A program made the position numbers and the translations under genes. A DNA stretch of 64,000 nucleotides. Origin: Parcubacteria group bacterium GW2011_GWC1_45_13 (GTDB lineage Bacteria; Patescibacteriota; Minisyncoccia; UBA11713; 2-01-FULL-45-33). The notes under the pieces are model-generated. The model was not told the DNA's origin. It was given only the letters and a program-made list of their open reading frames with translations, and made no database searches. The stretch covers positions 1,957-65,956 of the forward strand of contig LCKG01000004.1 in assembly GCA_001001285.1 (NCBI GenBank). The letters run 5' to 3'. Below, piece after piece: positions 28,514 to 37,087 of this stretch. Numbering within the stretch: position 1 is the first letter of the stretch; each line of letters starts with the position of its first letter.

Positions 28514-28849
28514 TTAATGAATATTTGATTGACGAAGACGGCTTGCTTTTTCCGGATCAATGCCGAGAATTTGATATTTTTCCCTTGCCTTTGATTCAGT
28601 TATGTCCCCTTTCTCTAAAACCTTTCTATCCAACGCTCCTAAAATAGCTATGCGTGCTTTTAAAAAATCGCCATCGTCAAGATAAATAGCTACATTATCT
28701 TGCCCCTCATCGGTCATTAATTCCGTCGCTAGTTTTAGAAGTTGTTGCTTATATTCTTCATCCCTCCTCAAATCCGTCCCTTCTTTCATATTTATCTCCT
28801 CCTTCATGTATTTATTATAAAAACTAGCATGTCTAAAAAACTTTGGCAA
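28514..28849 (-). CDS. hypothetical acidic protein
   Basis: 111-aa ORF with no recognisable motif. Confidence 0.35.
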   Translation of the reverse strand: MPKFFRHASFYNKYMKEEINMKEGTDLRRDEEYKQQLLKLATELMTDEGQDNVAIYLDDGDFLKARIAILGALDRKVLEKGDITESKAREKYQILGIDPEKASRLRQSNIH

Positions 28850-28866
28850 TTTGGTGATTGATTACC

Positions 28867-29578
28867 CCACTTGGACGTCCGACGTCCAAGTGGCTATTAA
28901 TTTTCTAAAGATAACAGAACCTCTAGCTCTTTTAATAATTCTTTTCTTTGTAAAATATTTTTTAATGACTCTTCTCCAAATGTCTTATATTCTTTTTTGT
29001 TTTTAAATTGCTTAAGAATAATATTTTTATTACAAAGGTTTTCTTCACTTGAACTAATAAATTCTTCCCAACTAGAATAGGCGCCCCCCTCTTTTAATCT
29101 ATGTGCGCGGTTATTTAAATTTACATAAACGCTTGCATGCAATAAATATTCATTGGAATCAATATGACTAGATTTAAATTTGCCCTGAAAAAGTACGCCG
29201 CTCCTTTTATATTTATTATTAAAATACTTTGTATAGCCACCATTTAATCTTTTCATAAACTCGCTTAATCCACCGTCTGTTTTTGGCTCCAAAATCATAT
29301 GATAATGATTTGGATTAAGGCAATAGCAAATGATATTCACCAACTTGGACGTCTGACGTCCAAGTCGGGGTTTATCGAATGAATTTTCGTAAATACTGCC
29401 TATTGGTTCTAGAGAATTAAATTCCTTCATACTTTGAAGAAACCTCTTGAAATCATAATCGTTGTTAAATACAATACGCTTATCAGTGCCGCGGTTATAG
29501 ATATGATAAAATTCACCAATCATGAAAGCGGTTTTTCTCATGATACTATATTAGCACTTGGACGTCCGACGTCCAAGT
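28867..29578 (-). mobile_element. REP-RAYT unit: IS200-like HuH tyrosine transposase flanked by REP palindromes
   Basis: Palindromes ccacttggacgtccgacgtccaagtgg (28867-28893) and acttggacgtccgacgtccaagt (29556-29578) flank the transposase ORF. A third copy (29343-29365) lies inside it. Confidence 0.65.
28897..29541 (-). CDS. IS200/IS605-family Y1 HuH transposase (REP-associated tyrosine transposase-like)
   Basis: N-terminal YHIYNRG..R..IF strand, HuH motif NPNHYHMIL, downstream LFQGKF..SHID...EYLLHASVYVNLN resembling the RAYT WQ..F.DH signature. Confidence 0.7.
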   Translation of the reverse strand: MRKTAFMIGEFYHIYNRGTDKRIVFNNDYDFKRFLQSMKEFNSLEPIGSIYENSFDKPRLGRQTSKLVNIICYCLNPNHYHMILEPKTDGGLSEFMKRLNGGYTKYFNNKYKRSGVLFQGKFKSSHIDSNEYLLHASVYVNLNNRAHRLKEGGAYSSWEEFISSSEENLCNKNIILKQFKNKKEYKTFGEESLKNILQRKELLKELEVLLSLEN

Positions 29579-29595
29579 TGGGAAGTGGGTATAGA

Positions 29596-30657
29596 CTAAA
29601 AAACTTTGGCAATGTCGTGGTAAGTTACTACCAACATAAGAATAATTAAAATCGCGAGGCCTAAACTGTGCACCAGGGCGCTGGCCTTGGGAGAAATCCT
29701 GCGGCCAAGCAAACTTTCAATCAAAAGAAAAAATAATCTCCCACCATCCAAGCCTGGGAACGGTAAAATATTGATTAAAGAAAGATTAATGGATAAAACG
29801 GCAATTAATATAAGAAGGGCGCCAAAGCCAAGATTGATAGCCGAAGAAGTGATGTTAAAAATTCCCACAGGACCAGCGACTTCAATCGGTGGGGTTTCTC
29901 TTTCAAACAAGCTTTGTACAAGATTCCAAAATCCCAAAACCGTTCCTTTTAAAATTTCCCAAGTGAACCGGGCGCCGTCTATCGGAGCCAGATACCACGA
30001 AGTTTTTTTTACGCGCGTAAGACCGAGAGCAATCCCCAACGGCCCCTCCCCTTCCGGCGGATTTTGGCGAGAAAGCGCGCTGATCTCAATAGAATTTTTA
30101 CCTCGGATCATTGTGATTGAGATTGTTTTCCCTTGGTTTTGTTTAATAAGATTTTGCACGTCTTTTATTGTTTGAAAACCCGGAATCTGGTCTCCTGGCA
30201 TAATGCCGGCGCGGGACGCAGGCGAATTCGGCACCACATCCATAATGGTTATTTTAGCGTCGGGATAAATATTGCTTTCCTCTTCGGAGACGACTTGCGG
30301 AACGCCCAAACTGCTTACCAAAGTAAGCGCAAGAAAAGCTAAAATAATATTCGCTAATACGCCGCTGGCCAGTATCACGGCCCTTTTCGGGACAGGTTTT
30401 GACCCAAAACTTTCCGGCTGAGAAACTTCGTCACCCTCTTCGCCAAAAATTTTCACAAATCCGCCAAAAGGCAGAAGATTTAAAGAATAAAGAGTATCAT
30501 GCTTATCGCGCCATAAACTCAAAATCCGAGGAGGGATGCCGAATCCAAATTCTTCAACTTTAACGCCAAAGAACCGCGCCGTAAAAAAATGTCCGGCCTC
30601 GTGGGAGAGTACTAGGATTATAAGAATAGTCAGAAAAATTAAAAAAGTTAAAAGCAC
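29596..30657 (-). CDS. rseP: site-2 protease RseP (M50 zinc metalloprotease with PDZ)
   Basis: HEAGHFFTARFFGV HExxH in the first TM helix; PDZ segment; LDGG motif (PGLDGGRLF). Confidence 0.85.
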   Translation of the reverse strand: MLLTFLIFLTILIILVLSHEAGHFFTARFFGVKVEEFGFGIPPRILSLWRDKHDTLYSLNLLPFGGFVKIFGEEGDEVSQPESFGSKPVPKRAVILASGVLANIILAFLALTLVSSLGVPQVVSEEESNIYPDAKITIMDVVPNSPASRAGIMPGDQIPGFQTIKDVQNLIKQNQGKTISITMIRGKNSIEISALSRQNPPEGEGPLGIALGLTRVKKTSWYLAPIDGARFTWEILKGTVLGFWNLVQSLFERETPPIEVAGPVGIFNITSSAINLGFGALLILIAVLSINLSLINILPFPGLDGGRLFFLLIESLLGRRISPKASALVHSLGLAILIILMLVVTYHDIAKVF

Positions 30658-30661
30658 GGGT

Positions 30662-31213
30662 TTATATTTCCATTAATTCTTTTTCTTTTTTTGCGGCGAG
30701 TTCCGCGATTTTTTTATTTGTTTCTTCGGCAATTTTTTCCATTTTTTCTTTTTGGGAAAATTTTTGATTTTCCGATATGATTTTGGTGCGCTCTTCTTCC
30801 TGAATCGTTTTCCAAATTTCATCCCGGCGCTTTCTTGCCGATATCCGCGCCTCCTCCGCTTTTTGGCCTACAATTTTGGCAAATTGTTTCCTGCGCTCCT
30901 CTGTAAGCGCCGGAAAAATCGCTCTGACCTGATCCGTTTCAGAAATTATAGAAAGCCCCAGATTGGCTCTGGCCAGCGCCTGTTCAATGGCCGGAAGCAG
31001 ATTTTTGTCCCAGGGGCGGATAAGCACGCTTTTGGGGTCGGGCGAAGACAAAGCCGCCGCGTGCGCCAAAGGGGTGAGAACGCCGTAGGATTCAACCATA
31101 ATCCCCTCCAAAACAGAGGAAGTTGCCCGTCCGGTGCGAATTTTTTTAAGATCTTCCGCGAACCATAAAATTATTTTTTGGAATTCTTTTTCTTCTTTTG
31201 AAAAATCTATCAT
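30662..31213 (-). CDS. frr: ribosome recycling factor
   Basis: 183 aa; RRF arm and coiled-coil pattern. Confidence 0.85.
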   Translation of the reverse strand: MIDFSKEEKEFQKIILWFAEDLKKIRTGRATSSVLEGIMVESYGVLTPLAHAAALSSPDPKSVLIRPWDKNLLPAIEQALARANLGLSIISETDQVRAIFPALTEERRKQFAKIVGQKAEEARISARKRRDEIWKTIQEEERTKIISENQKFSQKEKMEKIAEETNKKIAELAAKKEKELMEI

Positions 31214-31848
31214 GATATTAAATTTAAATACTCTCCCAAAAGCCTTTTGTTGACGGTCGGATCGTTTATAATTTTATGAATTTCCAGTATTTTTTCGAAT
31301 TTTAAAATATTGGCATGATTCGGATTCTTTCTTGCGGAAATTTCAGCTCCCGCAAGCGATTTAATTAATTTTGTTTTTAGCTCATCTTCTGACTTTACCG
31401 TCTCCGGCTCCGTAGTCCAGAATCTAAAAACGGAAAAACGCGATTTTATCGTGCTAAGCAAAAAAGATTTATTTTTAGTTGTCGCTATAATAATACTATT
31501 TATTGAAGGCTCCTCCAAGAGCTTAAGCATGGCGGGAGACGCTTCGCGGCTCAAGTTTTCAATATTTTTTATCAAAAAAACATTTTTTCTGCCGGAAACG
31601 GCGCTCTGCGAACTTTTTATTTTAAGCATCCTCACTTCTTCTATAGTTATCGGGTCTTCTTCAGTTTTAAAAAAATCTGGGCTGTGCGCGTAATTTTCCC
31701 CCAAAAAATAAGTCGCAAGCAAATGAACCGCCTCATCCTTCGCTTTTTCATCGTTCCCGGAAAATAAATACGCCTGCGGCAACATTCCACACTCAATTTG
31801 GCGTTTTAATAGTGATAGTGCTGAATTTTGTTGCAATTTTTCGCTCAT
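31210..31848 (-). CDS. holB: DNA polymerase III delta'-like clamp-loader subunit
   Basis: LPQAYLFSGNDEKAKDEAVHLLATYFLG (AAA+ P-loop-degenerate delta' signature). Confidence 0.55.
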   Translation of the reverse strand: MSEKLQQNSALSLLKRQIECGMLPQAYLFSGNDEKAKDEAVHLLATYFLGENYAHSPDFFKTEEDPITIEEVRMLKIKSSQSAVSGRKNVFLIKNIENLSREASPAMLKLLEEPSINSIIIATTKNKSFLLSTIKSRFSVFRFWTTEPETVKSEDELKTKLIKSLAGAEISARKNPNHANILKFEKILEIHKIINDPTVNKRLLGEYLNLIS

Positions 31849-31951
31849 TCTATTTATTCACAGATGGCTATTGACATTAATAATGGGCTTGCTACGCTTA
31901 AATTACATATGGCTTCGGCCTCGCTTCGCTCAATTGCGGAGCAAATTATTT

Positions 31952-32344
31952 TCAGCCAAACAATACTTCAATTAAAGCTAATTTAAGCCTTTCAAATTGG
32001 GCTTCGTCCAGTGTTCCTATTTTACGCACCAACCTTTTTGTATCCAATAAGCGAACTTGCGAAAGCACGGCTGTCGCATCTTGCCCTATGATTTTCCCCA
32101 AGTAAAAATAATGTTTTCCGACCTTTTTTCTACCAGTTAATCCTACTCCAAAAAATGTATTTTTATTAAAGCCGCGCACTACGATTACCGGCCTGTCAAA
32201 ATTCTTGCCTGTTCCATCTTGTTCAAAACCAATATTGACGCCTAACGAACACCACCATATCTCGCGCTCATGATAAAAGTGTAAAACATTCTGGCTGTGC
32301 AGTCTTTTCTTGTTTATGTTCCATCTATCAAAATCCTTTTCCAT
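31952..32344 (-). CDS. MazF/PemK/EndoA-family endoribonuclease toxin
   Basis: REIWWCSLGVNIGFEQDG...RPVIVV...AVLSQVRLLDTKRLVRKIGTLDEAQFERL aligns with the MazF / B. subtilis EndoA fold. The ORF track starts at 32380; the Met at 32344 gives 130 aa. Confidence 0.65.
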   Translation of the reverse strand: MEKDFDRWNINKKRLHSQNVLHFYHEREIWWCSLGVNIGFEQDGTGKNFDRPVIVVRGFNKNTFFGVGLTGRKKVGKHYFYLGKIIGQDATAVLSQVRLLDTKRLVRKIGTLDEAQFERLKLALIEVLFG

Positions 32345-32348
32345 AATC

Positions 32349-33146
32349 TTATTCTTTATTCTTATCCCTCTCCTCCACAAATTTTTTAACTTCCTCGTAG
32401 CTCATCTTCTTTGGCCAATATAAGTTGCCATATACATCGTAAATTGGTAATAACAAATTCCCTTTTTCTTTATAAACTTGTTCAGATAATATTCCGATTT
32501 CTGCAGCTAATTGGTCATATTGGTAATTATCCTGTAGTTTTAACAAAATGCCATTGAAAAAACGTGGTGGTACTCGGTGAGACAAATTAAAACCATAAGC
32601 TGTGGTAAATTTTCTTGTACTTCGCTTATAATATGTTTCATAGTACTTACGACTCATTTTATTCGTATCGTCATCATATGTGAATTTAGACAGGTCAAAT
32701 ATGAAAGCTAGTGCGTTTTTCTTTGAACTTCCTGCAGATTTACTTATCCATGTTTCTCCTGACTGCGTATTCGGCGTTTCCTCTTCATGCGCCATACCTG
32801 TTACATTAAAATAAACGTTAGATCTTCCTCCTTTTCTAAGCGAAACCTGAGCTTCTTTTGCCCACTGTTCCTTTGTCGGCGGCACTCCCTCCAAATAAAA
32901 TTTTTCTGGGGTGCCTAGTAATCCTTCTTTCAAAATCCGCACGAGTTTTGTTTTTTGTAAGTTATCCTGTTCAAATATGGACCCTGCAGAGTACGGCCCT
33001 CCGCTCACAAAAGAATAAGCTACCCCTGCTTCATTAATATCCTGCACCTTGTTCATCACTTTCTCTAAAACTTCCGGAGAAAGTTCGGATTCTGGAGATT
33101 TAGTACTTTCTTTAAAGCTTTCTATTGCTGGCGGTTTTTCGGGCAT
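32349..33146 (-). CDS. hypothetical protein, upstream partner of the MazF-like gene
   Basis: About 265-aa ORF (the track ORF extends to 33194 and overlaps mreB2). Sits 4 nt upstream of the MazF-like gene. No known antitoxin motif. Confidence 0.4.
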   Translation of the reverse strand: MPEKPPAIESFKESTKSPESELSPEVLEKVMNKVQDINEAGVAYSFVSGGPYSAGSIFEQDNLQKTKLVRILKEGLLGTPEKFYLEGVPPTKEQWAKEAQVSLRKGGRSNVYFNVTGMAHEEETPNTQSGETWISKSAGSSKKNALAFIFDLSKFTYDDDTNKMSRKYYETYYKRSTRKFTTAYGFNLSHRVPPRFFNGILLKLQDNYQYDQLAAEIGILSEQVYKEKGNLLLPIYDVYGNLYWPKKMSYEEVKKFVEERDKNKE

Positions 33147-33147
33147 A

Positions 33148-34161
33148 TTATCTTTTCGCCACGATGCTTTTTTTGTAGGAATCCAAATGCTCAAGAGCAG
33201 TGCCAGTGCCTTTAGCCACGCAATAAAGCGCGTCTTTAGCCACGGTCGCTGGCACGCCCGTAGAGCGCGTGACCAAAACGTTTAAATTTCGGAGAAGCGA
33301 TCCGCCCCCAGTCATCACAATCCCGTTTTCTATAATATCGGACGCCAGCTCCGGCGGAGTATTATGCAGAACCTGCTTGATGGCTTTTATAATATCTCGC
33401 AGTTCGCCGTCTATTGCTTTCACCACTTCGTTGGTACGGATGTCTATGGATCTGGGAAGTCCAGTCAAAAAATCGCGTCCCTTGATTGTAGTAGTCAATT
33501 CTTCTTCCAGAGGAATTGCGGATCCTATGCCTATTTTTATCTGTTCCGCAGTTGTGTCGCCGATCGCCAAATTAAACTGTTTTTTAATATAATCAGCAAT
33601 GGCTTGGTCAATTTTACCCCCGGCAACTTTTACTGAAATGGAACTCACTATCCCGCCCAAAGAAATCACGGCGGCGTCCATCGTTCCTCCACCGATGTCC
33701 ACCACCATATGCCCTCTGGGTTCGTGGATCGGAATCCCCGCGCCAATTGCCGCCAACACCGGCTCTTTTACCACATAAGCGGATTTGGCTCCGGCTTTTA
33801 TCGCCGCTTCCACCACCGATCTTCTTTCGGTGGAAGTGACCCCGGCCGGAACCGAAATCAAAACTTCCGGCTTTATCAAATTCCACCTGCCTACTGTTTT
33901 TGAAATAAAATAGCGTAGCATCGCTTCCGTCACACGATAATCCGCAATCACGCCGTCCTTCATTGGACGGTAAGCAATGATGCTTTCAGGCGTGCGCCCG
34001 ATCATGACTTTTGCTTCCACGCCCACCGCCAGTATCCGATTTTCCGGAAGAGAGACGGCTACCACCGACGGTTCGTTGAGAACTATTCCTTGCCCAGGCA
34101 CGTAAACTAAAGTGTTGGCTGTTCCCAAATCTATTCCGATTTTTTTTATAAATAAATTCAT
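33148..34161 (-). CDS. mreB: MreB-like actin homolog, second paralog
   Basis: IGIDLGTANTLVYV motif again. About 45% identical to the first copy by eye. Confidence 0.85.
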   Translation of the reverse strand: MNLFIKKIGIDLGTANTLVYVPGQGIVLNEPSVVAVSLPENRILAVGVEAKVMIGRTPESIIAYRPMKDGVIADYRVTEAMLRYFISKTVGRWNLIKPEVLISVPAGVTSTERRSVVEAAIKAGAKSAYVVKEPVLAAIGAGIPIHEPRGHMVVDIGGGTMDAAVISLGGIVSSISVKVAGGKIDQAIADYIKKQFNLAIGDTTAEQIKIGIGSAIPLEEELTTTIKGRDFLTGLPRSIDIRTNEVVKAIDGELRDIIKAIKQVLHNTPPELASDIIENGIVMTGGGSLLRNLNVLVTRSTGVPATVAKDALYCVAKGTGTALEHLDSYKKSIVAKR

Positions 34162-35418
34162 TTATATCTGTTTTATATCTGCGCCTATGGAGCGAAGCCT
34201 ATAATCTATATTTTCGTATCCTCTCTCAATTTGATAAATATTTCCAATACTTGTTTCTCCGCTAGCTATAAGTCCGGCGATTATAAACGCCAAACCTGCA
34301 CGAATATCAGGGCTTTCCAGAGCTCTCCCGGACAATTTAGTAGGCCCGTAGACTATGGCCCTATGCGGATCGCACAGCGTTATCCGTGAACCCATTTTAT
34401 TCAAATCCTGAATATAATTCAACCTCCCTTCAAAAACAGTCTCATGCACCAAACTCTGTCCTTCAGCCTGGGTAAGCAAAATAGTAAAAGGAGCTTGAAG
34501 ATCCGTTGGAAAACCGGGGAATTCTTTGGTGGTGACATTGCTCGCGCGCAAAGTTTTTTTATAAGCATCTTTTCCGCCAAAGGCGGACCAACCTTTGGCT
34601 GGAAAAATAATAGAATTATTTTCCAAAACATACTCCACGCCTACATTGAAAAGCAAAACCAGAAAAGTCGACAGTTCTCCCGCAACGAAATTCTTTATTC
34701 TTAAATTTTTTCCGAGAAGCGCTCCCAAGATAGCGAAACTCCCAGCTTCAATTCTATCTGGCGGTACGATAAATCGCGTGCTATAATTAAGAAGTTTCCC
34801 TGATCGTCCTTCTATTTTTATAGTTGTGGTGCCGGCGCCCGCGATTTGAGCGCCATTGGCATTAAGAAAATCGGCTAAATATTTAATCTCGGGTTCAAGC
34901 ACAGCATTTCGTAAAATAGTAGTTCCTTTTGCTAAAACAGCGGTCATAATCAAAGCTTCCGTTCCAGTCACCGAAGGGATTTTAAACGTGTAATCAACTC
35001 CGAAAAGTCCTTCCGGAGCAGTGATTTCATAATCTGCCGGAGCGCTCTTCGACAATTTAGTTTTTGCTCCCATGATTTTCCAGCCATCCAAAAATACATC
35101 AATTGGGCGCTCTCCAATGACACATCCACCTGGATGAGGAAAAGCGACTTTGCCAAAACGCGCGAGAGCCGCACCAACCGGTAAAATCGATGCGCGAAAT
35201 TTTTTTGCTATTTCGTAATCAATCCTCCCGTCCGCATCCAATTTATCAAGAAGCTCCTGCATTCTTTTTACGTCTTCAATATTTGGTAAATTTTCAATTT
35301 CAATCTTTTCTTTAAATAAAACAGAAGAGGCTAAAACAGGCAGCGCCGCATTTTTACTGCCGTTGATTTCTATCTCGCCTTCCAGTGCCCTGCCTCCCTT
35401 TATTAAAAATTTTGTCAT
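34162..35418 (-). CDS. murA: UDP-N-acetylglucosamine 1-carboxyvinyltransferase
   Basis: MurA/EPSP-synthase-fold N-terminus (GSKNAALP) and length. Confidence 0.9.
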   Translation of the reverse strand: MTKFLIKGGRALEGEIEINGSKNAALPVLASSVLFKEKIEIENLPNIEDVKRMQELLDKLDADGRIDYEIAKKFRASILPVGAALARFGKVAFPHPGGCVIGERPIDVFLDGWKIMGAKTKLSKSAPADYEITAPEGLFGVDYTFKIPSVTGTEALIMTAVLAKGTTILRNAVLEPEIKYLADFLNANGAQIAGAGTTTIKIEGRSGKLLNYSTRFIVPPDRIEAGSFAILGALLGKNLRIKNFVAGELSTFLVLLFNVGVEYVLENNSIIFPAKGWSAFGGKDAYKKTLRASNVTTKEFPGFPTDLQAPFTILLTQAEGQSLVHETVFEGRLNYIQDLNKMGSRITLCDPHRAIVYGPTKLSGRALESPDIRAGLAFIIAGLIASGETSIGNIYQIERGYENIDYRLRSIGADIKQI

Positions 35419-35463
35419 TGGCTTAAATTTATGCTATTTTAAACGATAAATCAAATTAATTCT

Positions 35464-36369
35464 ATGCTTACCAAAACTAAACGGCGGGTTTTGTTTTATC
35501 TTGCCACACTCATATTTGTGCTGCTGTCGGCTCCGGTTATTTTGTATAGCTTAGGATACGGCATCGGAAGCGATTTTAAACTTCATAAAACCGGAGGCAT
35601 ATTCATAAAAGCCTCAGGAGCTGGCGCCAATGTGACTGTTGATAAAAAAAACAAAAGCACCTCGCTCTTGGCGAATTCCGCTTTGATAAAAAATCTGCTT
35701 CCGGGCGAACATCAAGTTGCCGTGGAAAAAGACGGCTTTTGGAAATGGTCAAAAACATTTGCGGTTCTGCCAGAGATAGTTGCGGAGAGATTTGTGCTTT
35801 TGGTGCCCAAAAATACCGAAATAAAAATTTTAGGAACTACGACTCCAACCTTGGAAACAAAAAAACCGAAATTTCCCGGCGTAAAAAAATTCTGGGCTAT
35901 TCCGAAAACTGACAATTTTTTGATTTTGGGAGATGATGGCAGTTTTTATAGAGACAAAGATCTTTTTGACATCATCGGCCAATGGGGTACCACGACCTTT
36001 AATATTTTAAAAAGCAACAAAAACAGCTTCTTTGATGAAACTTTTTCAAGGGTTATTTATTGGGGCGAAGAAAATATAGATTCCTACTGGATTTCCGATT
36101 TAGACAAAATGCCAGAATGGGAAAAAGAAAGAGGCCTTCATATTTTATCGGCTTCGCCCATAAATGATGTGAGATTTTATCCCGGCTGGCCGGATTATTT
36201 GATGGTCACGAGCGGAGATTCAATTTACGTGGTGGAAATGGAGCAAGCTGGCGGGCAAAACATTTTCCCGATACATAAAGGCAAACAGCCAAAAATTATT
36301 CAGATTGATGCCGGCAAATTAATCTTATTGGACGAAACAAATTATATAGAAGTCACATTGCCTAAATAG
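35464..36369 (+). CDS. membrane-anchored PEGA-domain protein
   Basis: Signal-anchor then GANVTVD...PGEHQVAVEKDGF PEGA-like beta-sandwich. Confidence 0.45.
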   Translation: MLTKTKRRVLFYLATLIFVLLSAPVILYSLGYGIGSDFKLHKTGGIFIKASGAGANVTVDKKNKSTSLLANSALIKNLLPGEHQVAVEKDGFWKWSKTFAVLPEIVAERFVLLVPKNTEIKILGTTTPTLETKKPKFPGVKKFWAIPKTDNFLILGDDGSFYRDKDLFDIIGQWGTTTFNILKSNKNSFFDETFSRVIYWGEENIDSYWISDLDKMPEWEKERGLHILSASPINDVRFYPGWPDYLMVTSGDSIYVVEMEQAGGQNIFPIHKGKQPKIIQIDAGKLILLDETNYIEVTLPK

Positions 36370-36390
36370 GCTTAACTCGTCTATCCGAGA

Positions 36391-36654
36391 TTGACGACTT
36401 TTTATGTGTTTAGTAAACTTATAGTGATGGATTTAATACAAAAGAAATATCTCACCATTCATCAAGCCGCCAAATTAATAGGCGTTACCGCGCTTACGCT
36501 TAGAAATTGGGACAATCTGCGCAAATTTCAAGCAGCCAGGCACCCCATAAACAATTATCGGGTCTATACTTTAGAACAAATTGAATCATTGCTTAAAAAA
36601 TTAGGACTGCCTAAGCCTGCCAAGAAATTGGTTATAAAGATTTTAGAGGATTAG
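36391..36654 (+). CDS. MerR-family / excisionase-like HTH DNA-binding protein
   Basis: LTIHQAAKLIGVTALTLRNWDNLRKF HTH. Located immediately 5' of the IR-bounded cassette. Confidence 0.55.
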   Translation: MTTFYVFSKLIVMDLIQKKYLTIHQAAKLIGVTALTLRNWDNLRKFQAARHPINNYRVYTLEQIESLLKKLGLPKPAKKLVIKILED

Positions 36655-36701
36655 TAAGGTTTATTAATATTTTGGACATTATACGACAAAATCAGAACCT
36701 T

Positions 36702-36959
36702 TTTTGAGCAAAATCCCAACTGATTTACCCCTTCATTCACCCCTTCATCGGCTCTGCCTCGGAATGAAGGGGTAGCTCTGTTGATTTGCCTTATGTTTAC
36801 TGGACTTTCTAACCTTCGCTCTTCAAAATCCCAAACCCGACTTCACTCCGCTACGCCCCATTCCACGCTTGTGCTGTTTTCCACGAAAGTCCTCCTGTGG
36901 AGGACTGGCTCGCCGCCCAGCTGGGCGGCTCGCAGGTCGCCGGAATTCCTCCCCTCAAA
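36702..36959 (+). repeat. IR-L: about 260-nt structured repeat, inverted partner of IR-R (39880-40139)
   Basis: By-eye alignment to the reverse complement of 39880-40139 gives about 80% identity. Contains hairpins ccccttcattc/gaatgaagggg, gtcctcc-tgt-ggaggac and gccgccc-agct-gggcggc. Confidence 0.7.
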
Positions 36960-37018
36960 CCCCTCCTTTCGGCTGGTCCTTAGATGAGGTAGATAAGCAG
37001 TTATCCACAGGTGAGTAC

Positions 37019-37047
37019 TTTACAAGAATGTGATATTGGTATAGGAT
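37019..37047 (+). promoter_or_regulatory. putative promoter for the cassette (TTTACA-17-TAGGAT)
   Basis: -35-like TTTACA, 17-nt spacer, TAGGAT, about 40 nt upstream of the GHKL ATPase ATG. Weak. Confidence 0.25.
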
Positions 37048-37087
37048 CATACTATCACTTAATAAACTATCAATTAGTATACAAAAT

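Noticed and set aside
29687-30175. 162-aa plus-strand ORF antisense to rseP; similar antisense ORFs in dnaK (45524-46768), lysS (21569-22216) and PBP2 (23691-24260)
   Set aside because: All lie opposite well-supported housekeeping genes and carry no recognisable motifs.
36661-37087. Possibility that IR-L/IR-R are fragments of a tmRNA, 6S RNA or rRNA
   Set aside because: No match by eye to the conserved tmRNA tag-reading-frame/T-arm motifs or rRNA helices. Two mutually inverted copies flanking a cassette fit a mobile or structured repeat better. Left as unknown class rather than naming an RNA family.
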